The notes beneath the pieces are model-generated. The model worked only from the letters and a program-made list of their open reading frames with translations. It made no database searches and was not told where the DNA came from. 33,799 bases of DNA from an uncultured Lentisphaeria bacterium (GTDB lineage Bacteria > Fidelibacterota > UBA8477 > JABMPR01): contig CAZVSF010000002.1 of NCBI GenBank assembly GCA_964630195.1, forward strand, positions 1 through 33,799, given 5' to 3'. Below are positions 18,313-26,097 of the stretch, in pieces. How positions within the stretch are numbered: position 1 is the first letter of the stretch; each line of letters opens with the position of its first letter. The translations under genes and the position numbers were made by a program.

Positions 18313-21243
18313 ATGATTGGGGAAACAAAGTGGATTAAGTATTCCATTGGGTTACTACTATTGATACCCATTCTGCTCGTGGCCGGGCAAGGCGGTAAGA
18401 TAGCTGGTCAGGTGACGGACGCACAAACAGGAGAACCGCTACCTGGGGCAAATGTTATGCTCACCCACCGATGGATCGACGGAGAAGAATCAACCCTTGA
18501 TGCCATTGTTGGTACTGCCACGGATGTAGATGGCCATTACTATCTACTCAATATTTATCCCGGCACCTACACCTTGCGGGTTGATTTCATAGGCATGTCC
18601 AGTAGTCGTGTAACCGAAATCGATGTTCTGGTTGATATGACCACCTTTATTGATGTTGCCCTGGAGGCAGCTTCACTTGAGGGGGAAGCTGTTGTTGTTG
18701 AATCCCAAAGAAAGAATACGGTTCAGACAGATCTCACTGCGACCAAGACGGTATATCAAGTATCGGATGTGCAGAGTATCGCTGGAGTCAGTGATATTGG
18801 TGACATTATCAATCTTCAGGCAGATGTGGTCGATGATCACTTCAGGGGCGGACGTACGGGCGAATCAAGCTATCTCCTCGGCGGTGGAACAATTGTGAAT
18901 CCTCTTAATAATTCCAAGGCTTTCAGTCCTATTGTGACCGGGCTCGAACAGGTTGAGGTCTATACCAGTGGTTTTAGTGCTGAATATGGAAATGCCCAAT
19001 CCGGAGTAATCAATATGGTTACCAAGGAGGGTAGAGAATCCTGGGAATCCCGGATCGAAGTTTCTATCACAGCTCCCTACTATAAGGTATGGGAAGAATT
19101 TTTCGATGAAGATAGTAACCGGACAGTTGAAGCTGGAAGCCCATACGATCGGAATAGTCTGGAATTCTATGACATTTTAATGGACACGAGCGAATGGTTG
19201 AAGGATAATCCTCAACAACCTGGTCGTGTCCTCTATGACCTTGGCTATGGATTTGGTGGGCAGTACTTACCTCCACGTACCACCTGGCCACCGAATCCCC
19301 TTGGTTATGCAGATTCTATCCAGATCGCTCGTCTGGGGCAGGTTAGTTGGATGCAATCTGTTCGAGATGTGGGTTTGCAATACGACGATACATTTGATAA
19401 TCGCCTGGACTTTTCTACAGGTGGACCGATCACCGATCATGTGAAGGGCTTTGTGGCGCTTCGTCAGAATACTTCATATACAAGGATTCCCACACCAACC
19501 CCAGATTTGGATCGCCAGCTGATGAGTAGTCTGGTCTATAAGCCCGACGCATCAAATAAATACAAACTTACCTGGAATTATAATACTTCAAAAGAGACTT
19601 ATTTTAATAGCTCTTATCGGTACTGGCTCTTTGATCCAACCCTATCTACAACACAGAGATTATCCACCTCTACACAGTTGGGGCTTGACTGGAATCATAT
19701 CTTCAACGCTTCTACCTTTGGACACATGAGAGTGAATACCCTGCAGATTGAGGATAAGGAATTGCTTAACCTGCTTGGCGAGGGACAATTAACCACAGAT
19801 TATTCCAAGAATTCCAATTGGGTCGATTACACAGGACCTTCAAACCATCGGGTTGGTCGATTGTCCAACGATAGTGGCAAGGACCAGACTCGAACCTATA
19901 CATTTCAGGGTGACCTTACTTCTCAGGTCAATAATTCCAATATGTTCAAGGTGGGCGCTCAGTTCAGCTATTATGATGTTTTTGTGGATCGCCTGTACAA
20001 TCGAGATGGAGATGCCGATATTCGTATTCTCAATTTCGAGGTGAATCCCTATGAAGGTGCCATCTTTGGCCAGGATAAAATGGAGTTTGAGGGAATGATC
20101 GCCAATATGGGATTAAGACTTGATTTTTATCAGTTGAACAAGGAGTTCTTTTCGGACATTTATGGTCCCTTAAGAAATCCCAATTATGATCCCACTTTAC
20201 CCTATCTGGAGCGGGGTCCCTACTATTCTCAGGATTTGGCAGCGCGTGAGAATACAAAATTATATGCCAGGTTACAGCCCAGGATAGGAGTGAGTTTTCC
20301 TGTGGATGAAACCACAGTTTTTCATTTGAATTACGGCACATTTTCACAGCGTCCCAGTTTCAACCAGCTCTTCTACAACCAGATCACCTTTAACAATGAG
20401 ATCGAGATCCTTGGAAATCCCCGCTTGAAACCTGAGGAGACCAATGCCTATGATATTGGTATCGTAAAAGGATTACCTGCTCTGGGACTGACCCTTGATA
20501 TCAGTGCCTATTACAAGGATGTTAAAAATCTCATTGAAACTGCCTATTACTATGATGAGCAGCAGGCCGTGTATCGCACCTATATCAATAAGGATTATGC
20601 AGATATAAAGGGATTCCATGTAAATCTGGAAAGGAGATCCGGTGCGCTACGTGGATACATGCGCTATAATTATGAGTCGGCCACTGGAAAAAGTAGTAAT
20701 GATCTGAATGCGCCCGTCACCTACTTTGAGATTGCTGACCCTGTATATGGACTGGCACAGCTCCCGGACCCTGCAGATGTCTATCTGGATTATGATCGCA
20801 CTCACAAGGCTGTATTCAATCTCAGATACAAGACACCGAAGACCTTTGGACCCAAAATAATGGGTGTGTTCCCGCTGGCCAAATTCAGTATCAGTGCTAC
20901 CTATAAATATTATACAGGTCGACCCTATACAGACCCAGAAACCAATCTGCTTTATACCGAGCGCACGCCTGATGAACGTGAAGTGCGGGCGAGATTGGAA
21001 AAGGAAGTGAATATTGGTGGCAATAAAACCACACTATATGTCGAAGGCTACAACCTTACCAATAATTATATCTGGTCATATGGTCGGGCGTTTGACAATC
21101 CTTATAATACACCGCGCTGGAAAACAGAACCTGAGAATATTCTGACCTATGAACTCTATGAGCCCTACATCTCAAGTCAGGATATATATCTACTCAGTAA
21201 TCAACCCATTCACTGGCGCTTTGGCCTCATTGTGAAATTCTAA
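18313..21243 (+). CDS. SusC-type TonB-dependent outer-membrane receptor (carboxypeptidase-regulatory-like N-domain + plug + barrel)
   Basis: The ORF track starts at TTG 18196. The in-frame ATG at 18313 is preceded by GGGAG (18300-18304) and gives signal MIGETKWIKYSIGLLLLIPILLVAGQ, for 976 aa. GKIAGQVTDAQTGEPLPGANVML is a CarboxypepD_reg-like domain. GEAVVVES is TonB-box-like. FRGGRTGESSYLLGGG is plug-like. Beta-strand-like alternation runs to the C-terminal ...FGLIVKF, with the terminal aromatic typical of OMPs. Confidence 0.85.
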   Translation: MIGETKWIKYSIGLLLLIPILLVAGQGGKIAGQVTDAQTGEPLPGANVMLTHRWIDGEESTLDAIVGTATDVDGHYYLLNIYPGTYTLRVDFIGMSSSRVTEIDVLVDMTTFIDVALEAASLEGEAVVVESQRKNTVQTDLTATKTVYQVSDVQSIAGVSDIGDIINLQADVVDDHFRGGRTGESSYLLGGGTIVNPLNNSKAFSPIVTGLEQVEVYTSGFSAEYGNAQSGVINMVTKEGRESWESRIEVSITAPYYKVWEEFFDEDSNRTVEAGSPYDRNSLEFYDILMDTSEWLKDNPQQPGRVLYDLGYGFGGQYLPPRTTWPPNPLGYADSIQIARLGQVSWMQSVRDVGLQYDDTFDNRLDFSTGGPITDHVKGFVALRQNTSYTRIPTPTPDLDRQLMSSLVYKPDASNKYKLTWNYNTSKETYFNSSYRYWLFDPTLSTTQRLSTSTQLGLDWNHIFNASTFGHMRVNTLQIEDKELLNLLGEGQLTTDYSKNSNWVDYTGPSNHRVGRLSNDSGKDQTRTYTFQGDLTSQVNNSNMFKVGAQFSYYDVFVDRLYNRDGDADIRILNFEVNPYEGAIFGQDKMEFEGMIANMGLRLDFYQLNKEFFSDIYGPLRNPNYDPTLPYLERGPYYSQDLAARENTKLYARLQPRIGVSFPVDETTVFHLNYGTFSQRPSFNQLFYNQITFNNEIEILGNPRLKPEETNAYDIGIVKGLPALGLTLDISAYYKDVKNLIETAYYYDEQQAVYRTYINKDYADIKGFHVNLERRSGALRGYMRYNYESATGKSSNDLNAPVTYFEIADPVYGLAQLPDPADVYLDYDRTHKAVFNLRYKTPKTFGPKIMGVFPLAKFSISATYKYYTGRPYTDPETNLLYTERTPDEREVRARLEKEVNIGGNKTTLYVEGYNLTNNYIWSYGRAFDNPYNTPRWKTEPENILTYELYEPYISSQDIYLLSNQPIHWRFGLIVKF

Positions 21244-21261
21244 GATGATCTCGGAGAATCC

Positions 21262-23562
21262 ATGAAAATCTTAACAAAAATACTTTATGCATCCCTGGTT
21301 TTGCTCATGGTTCAAACAAGTTTCGGGCAAATAAGAGAATATAGAATTCATGATCGGGGCATGCTGCACAACACGGTCTTTAATACAGGGGAGATCGGTC
21401 GAGCCTGGCAAACAGGGGAGGCTGGTAATTATACTTCTGTCCCGGTTTTTGAATGGCCGCCCTATTCCAAAACCATCATTGACGGTATCGAATATGACGG
21501 TCAGCACAACATTCTTGGTGCTGGTTTTTATATCGGGGCGAACCTTGCCAGTCAACCTGGAGAAGTCAATAGACTCTTTGCATTGTGTGGCGGGGTGGGT
21601 GCCAGCTCACCTGAAGTGTCTATCGGTCGCTGGTCCTTTCCACTCTATATGGAAGAGATTGAAAATTTTCCTCTTTTGGAGGATGGTACTTTAAATCTCG
21701 ATTATGATCCTAATGAAGCAGAGGAAATTATCCGAACTGCCTGGGCTTCATCCACAGGTATTACTGTTACCAGAACGTCGAGAGCCTGGAGTTATCCTGA
21801 TTATGACGACTTTATTATTTATGAATATGAGCTCGAATATACTGGCGATACAGATGGAAATCCTGCCACCATTGAACAAACAGAAGATCTGAAAGACGTC
21901 ATGGTTGCCTTGAATTATGGATTTGCGCCTTCAATGTACGGTTACCAGCGCCAGTACCTTGAATGGAAATACACAGGCGGTATCTATCGTGGTGACCAGA
22001 ATAATTTCTGGGATTCAGACTGGTGGTTGTCCTTTAATATGAATTTGAGAAATAATCTCAGTGATGCCAGTGGCGCCGGCAAACCAGAGCCCGATCCAGA
22101 TCTTTTCATGGAATTTGCCACAACAGGCCGGAATGGTGGCGCATTGGGATCGCCTCAAGCTCCTGGATATGCTGTCCTATTCTATGATACGACTCACCTG
22201 GCCTATGTTGTGCCTGAGGATCTGGATAGTCTGGGGCAAAATGATTCTGAAGTGCAGGCTGTCCTCAGGACTTCAACCCTGCTGTCTCTCGACGAGTACG
22301 ATGAAGTGGATATTTACCGCGAGAATGAAAGTGGGTCATTTACCTGGTATTATGAGCTTGATGGAAATCATCACGTGAAGCAACCCTGGTCCAATAAGGT
22401 ATCCACGGGGAATACCAACAGCCCAAAAATGATGTACGAAAAGGATCCCATCAATCCAACGACTCGTTGGAGCGGTGTCTATTCACCTGGAAGTACTGGC
22501 TGGCCAGAGTTGAAGGGAGATCATTGGCTGGGACGAGCAGCGTATCCTTACAGACAGAGTGCTGATGCAGGCATGAAACACCACACTTTTGGACCCTACA
22601 GTATGTCTATCGGCGACAAGATCGAATTCAGCTATGCCGAAGTCGTGGGGTATGGTGCCGAGCCAGGCAAACGTATCGAAGGTGGTCAGGTTATCAATCA
22701 ATGGGCTGCCACGCCGACATGGAATCGGGCCTATACCATTGATGGTCAATTAATGACCACTGCCTATCTGGATGATTTCGGATATCCCGACTATGTGAAT
22801 TCTGATGTGGTAACCGTTACGCAGGTGACAGAAAAAGCTTTTGAAGCCTATCTTGGAACTGCGCCATCTGTGCCTGTCTGGCCTGAAGACAACCCAAGGA
22901 ATGGGGCCTACACGGTTCCTCCTCCATATCCAGCACCTGTGATAAGTGTACTTAATTATGAGGGCGCCACGGTGCGACTCACCTGGCTCCCTGACCAGGA
23001 AGCATTTGAACACCCCTTGCTGAACTCTACACTGGATAAGTATTATGTATGGAGAGCTGCAGCAGGAATGGGACCCTGGACCCTGGTTGATAGTGTGATG
23101 GTGGGCGATCCCCTGAACAATGATGGACGTTATGAGGTCATCGATACTGAAGAAAGTTTTAAGGTGGGTGAGTATCGATATTATGCGGTGACATCAGTAG
23201 ATGACGCTGGCAAGCAGAGTGGTAAAAGTAATATCACACGATTCGGGAAAAATATCGCTGCTGTTGAGGAATTGGGTGATGTATACGTTGTACCAAACCC
23301 CTATCTGGCCAGCGCTGGATCATTCAGCGGCACAGATGAAGGCAAGATAGGGTTTTATGGATTACCAGCCCGCTGTACCATACAGATATACAGTTATGCC
23401 ATGCAGCTGGTGCGTACGATCGAGCATGACGAACAGGTATACTCCAATTTGAACTATCAAACGACACGTGTGGGCCAGGAAATGGCCTCCGGGATCTATT
23501 TCTACATAGTAACCACTCCGGAAGGCGATAGCTCAAACGGTAAATTTGTAATTGTGAAGTAG
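21262..23562 (+). CDS. Secreted 766-aa protein of unknown function in the SusD position; Fn3-like segment and divergent T9SS-like C-terminal domain
   Basis: Signal peptide MKILTKILYASLVLLMVQTSFGQ with no lipobox. There is an 18-nt gap after the TBDR. An Fn3-like stretch runs ATVRLTWLPD...YYVWRA...YRYYAVTSVDDAGKQS. The C-terminus (nt 23266-23559), VYVVPNPY...LPARCTIQIYSYAMQLVRTI...ASGIYFYIVT...GKFVIVK, is patterned like a T9SS/FlgD-Ig-type sorting domain. Confidence 0.7.
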   Translation: MKILTKILYASLVLLMVQTSFGQIREYRIHDRGMLHNTVFNTGEIGRAWQTGEAGNYTSVPVFEWPPYSKTIIDGIEYDGQHNILGAGFYIGANLASQPGEVNRLFALCGGVGASSPEVSIGRWSFPLYMEEIENFPLLEDGTLNLDYDPNEAEEIIRTAWASSTGITVTRTSRAWSYPDYDDFIIYEYELEYTGDTDGNPATIEQTEDLKDVMVALNYGFAPSMYGYQRQYLEWKYTGGIYRGDQNNFWDSDWWLSFNMNLRNNLSDASGAGKPEPDPDLFMEFATTGRNGGALGSPQAPGYAVLFYDTTHLAYVVPEDLDSLGQNDSEVQAVLRTSTLLSLDEYDEVDIYRENESGSFTWYYELDGNHHVKQPWSNKVSTGNTNSPKMMYEKDPINPTTRWSGVYSPGSTGWPELKGDHWLGRAAYPYRQSADAGMKHHTFGPYSMSIGDKIEFSYAEVVGYGAEPGKRIEGGQVINQWAATPTWNRAYTIDGQLMTTAYLDDFGYPDYVNSDVVTVTQVTEKAFEAYLGTAPSVPVWPEDNPRNGAYTVPPPYPAPVISVLNYEGATVRLTWLPDQEAFEHPLLNSTLDKYYVWRAAAGMGPWTLVDSVMVGDPLNNDGRYEVIDTEESFKVGEYRYYAVTSVDDAGKQSGKSNITRFGKNIAAVEELGDVYVVPNPYLASAGSFSGTDEGKIGFYGLPARCTIQIYSYAMQLVRTIEHDEQVYSNLNYQTTRVGQEMASGIYFYIVTTPEGDSSNGKFVIVK

Positions 23563-23572
23563 GAATGAGGCC

Positions 23573-24538
23573 ATGATGATAAAAAAAAGCATACAGTTGC
23601 TCTTACTCCTTCTTTTTGCAATGAATGTGCATGGGTTTGAAAAAGTGGGGGTTACATCCTTCCAGTTCTTGAAAATCTCGCCGGATCCAACCATTGCTTC
23701 CATGGGTGGGGCATATGCAGCCATATCCAGGGGTACTGAGAGTCTTTTTGGTAACCCTGCTGCTCTGGTTAACCAAACCGGATTTGGAACCTTTATTTCT
23801 CAGACTGACTATATGTTTGAAACCAAGCATACCAGCGTTGCGGCATCCTGGGGATTTGGCGATTTTGCAGTTGGTCTATATGGAATGTCAGTAGATTACG
23901 GGTCGATAGCCGTGACGGATATTGCCAGTCTGGGCTTTGTCGATGGTGTATTTAATCCGGGTCTAACCGGTGAATCCCTGACGCTGGGTGCCACAGACAT
24001 GGGTATTGGTTTTAGTCAGCAGCTTACAGACAAATTCTCCTATGGACTGGTGACCAAATATCTCATTGAGGATTTTTCGGTCGTCAGTGAAGAGCTTGTC
24101 GCCTGGGATCTTGGTGTGCTCTACAACTCAGGCTTTCGGACTGTGGTCCTGGCTGCAACGCTAAGGAATTTTGGTCCGCAGGTGAAATACGAAGAGCAGA
24201 GTTATCCCTTGCCTCAGACCATGAATATTGGTCTTTCCAGTCACCTCATGTCCGCCTCCGATCCTCTCCTTTTTAAAAGTGCCGAGCATGATCTTCTGCT
24301 CACAGTAGATCTTGTGCAGCCCCGGGATTATGCCCAACAATACAACCTGGGCGCTCAGTATGCATTTAAGGATCTCATCTTCGCCAGAACAGGCTATCGA
24401 TTGAATTACGATACCGAGGGTTTCAACTTTGGTCTGGGATTCAAATTAAAGAATGTCGCTTTGAATTATGGCTATAGCAGCTATGGTGAAAAATTCAGCG
24501 GTGTACATCGATTCAGTATCGGTTTTATTAATATTTAG
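23573..24538 (+). CDS. PorV/PorQ-family-like (FadL-fold) outer-membrane beta-barrel protein
   Basis: 321-aa ORF. Signal MMIKKSIQLLLLLLFAMNVHG. The mature N-terminus SFQFLKISPDPTIASMGGAYAAISRGTESLFGNPAAL matches the PorV/PorQ family N-terminal signature (FL.i....R..aMGGA......d.sa...NPAGL) as I recall it. Amphipathic beta-strand pattern throughout. Confidence 0.6.
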   Translation: MMIKKSIQLLLLLLFAMNVHGFEKVGVTSFQFLKISPDPTIASMGGAYAAISRGTESLFGNPAALVNQTGFGTFISQTDYMFETKHTSVAASWGFGDFAVGLYGMSVDYGSIAVTDIASLGFVDGVFNPGLTGESLTLGATDMGIGFSQQLTDKFSYGLVTKYLIEDFSVVSEELVAWDLGVLYNSGFRTVVLAATLRNFGPQVKYEEQSYPLPQTMNIGLSSHLMSASDPLLFKSAEHDLLLTVDLVQPRDYAQQYNLGAQYAFKDLIFARTGYRLNYDTEGFNFGLGFKLKNVALNYGYSSYGEKFSGVHRFSIGFINI

Positions 24539-24549
24539 GGAATGCCAGC

Positions 24550-26088
24550 ATGACACGTAAAAATTCATTTATTATGACAATTTTTCTGGTTCTGGCTATT
24601 CTCACGACGGTCCAGGCTCAGAACAGGGGAAATGTGCTTTCCTTTCAGGGCGTTGATAAAGCTTTGAGCTTTGCACCAGGATCCTTTGGGAGTGGGCTTG
24701 ATGGTATCTCAGACCTGGGTGGCTCGGCTTCCATATTCGCCAATCCAGCTGGCTTATCTGGTATAAAAGGTCTAACCATCAGTACTGGAATGACTTCGAT
24801 TGAAAACCAGTGGTGGGAGAATCAGCATTATCGCCCAAACAGACTCTTTGTAACATTGCCATTCTACCTGGAAGGGTTATACATTCCGGATACATCAGAT
24901 AATGGCCGTCTGGATTCTGATGTATTTTATGAATCACTCCTGGACACCTCATATCTGCTTACAGATCCCGAAATGGGCCTGGAGCACTTCTCTGAAGAAG
25001 CCGCAGATTGGAAACGAAAAGAATCGGCCAGTGGCTTAAGTCATTTTGGAGTGGCATTGCCAATTCGTGTCATGGGGAAGACCCTTACGCTGAGTGGGGG
25101 ATATGCTTCACTCCTGGACGGAATCAGCTATGATAGGAATAAAACATATCTGTCACCACATCCGGGATATTTGGAATATGCAATGCCAGCCATGGCGGAT
25201 GGGATGGATACGATCAGAATGGATTGGTACAATTTTGAGAGGTTACAGAAACTAAACCTCGGTTTGATCAGTTTTGGTGTAGGCTATGAAGCAACTGAGA
25301 ATATTCATGTCGGTCTGGCCCTTTCCATGTACTCTGGCAGCGCTGATGAACTTCAAACCCAGGATAAAGTAGGTTACTTCGACCTGATTGACCAAAATGA
25401 GTTTATCTGGTCCTATGATACCATGAATACCCAATATTCCGGCACTGCAGATTATTCAGGATCGGCATTGAAGCTTGGATTGATATTGGATTATGAGCAA
25501 TTCCGGATGGGTTTGTCATATACAACCGCAATGGATCTGACCAAAGAATGGAGCTATGAGCAAACATTTACCTATCTCCAGGGAGACACTTTACTAACCT
25601 CCAGTACCAGCACGGTCACTGGGAAGGATGTCATGACCATTCCAGCCAGCTATGGTGTGGGTGTCCAGCTGATGCCCACCGATAGATTCACTTTTCTGCT
25701 TAGCTATGAGCTGCATCCCTATGGAGATTCTGAAATTCCTCGTGATACTCTGGGGACCTTTGCTTCAGGTGATATGCAGCACTGGGTAGACCAATCCATT
25801 ATTCAATTTGGTGTCCGTTATCAATTACATAAAATGGTTCATCTGAATGCATTATATCGCTCAGTACCAATGAGTTACCTGCCAGATGGAGCAGCTGTTC
25901 AGTCCACGGGGCCAGAGGCTGTTTCGTACAGAGTTGGCGCTGAAATTGATCTTGGCATGCTGGGCGCGATCGACCTGGGAGCCAGCTTCCAGGACTTGAA
26001 ATATGAAGATATATATTATTCAAATACAAATTATGCCCGCGAGAAGGCAACTGTCTTCAATGTGAGCTATCAATTTTCCCTAAAATAA
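24550..26088 (+). CDS. Putative outer-membrane beta-barrel protein, distant PorV/FadL-like
   Basis: 512-aa ORF. Signal ...LAILTTVQAQ. Degenerate version of the upstream gene's signature (VLSFQGV...GGSASIFANPAGLSG). Alternating hydrophobic strands to the C-terminus (VFNVSYQFSLK). No other family recognised. Confidence 0.45.
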   Translation: MTRKNSFIMTIFLVLAILTTVQAQNRGNVLSFQGVDKALSFAPGSFGSGLDGISDLGGSASIFANPAGLSGIKGLTISTGMTSIENQWWENQHYRPNRLFVTLPFYLEGLYIPDTSDNGRLDSDVFYESLLDTSYLLTDPEMGLEHFSEEAADWKRKESASGLSHFGVALPIRVMGKTLTLSGGYASLLDGISYDRNKTYLSPHPGYLEYAMPAMADGMDTIRMDWYNFERLQKLNLGLISFGVGYEATENIHVGLALSMYSGSADELQTQDKVGYFDLIDQNEFIWSYDTMNTQYSGTADYSGSALKLGLILDYEQFRMGLSYTTAMDLTKEWSYEQTFTYLQGDTLLTSSTSTVTGKDVMTIPASYGVGVQLMPTDRFTFLLSYELHPYGDSEIPRDTLGTFASGDMQHWVDQSIIQFGVRYQLHKMVHLNALYRSVPMSYLPDGAAVQSTGPEAVSYRVGAEIDLGMLGAIDLGASFQDLKYEDIYYSNTNYAREKATVFNVSYQFSLK

Positions 26089-26097
26089 GGAGGAAGT

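Noticed and set aside
21262-23562. Calling the gene after the TBDR a SusD-like protein on position alone.
   Set aside because: It has no lipobox, it is about 200 aa longer than typical SusD, and it carries an Fn3-like segment and a CTD-like tail. I see nothing resembling SusD helical/TPR repeats. It is kept as an unknown and flagged as a finding.
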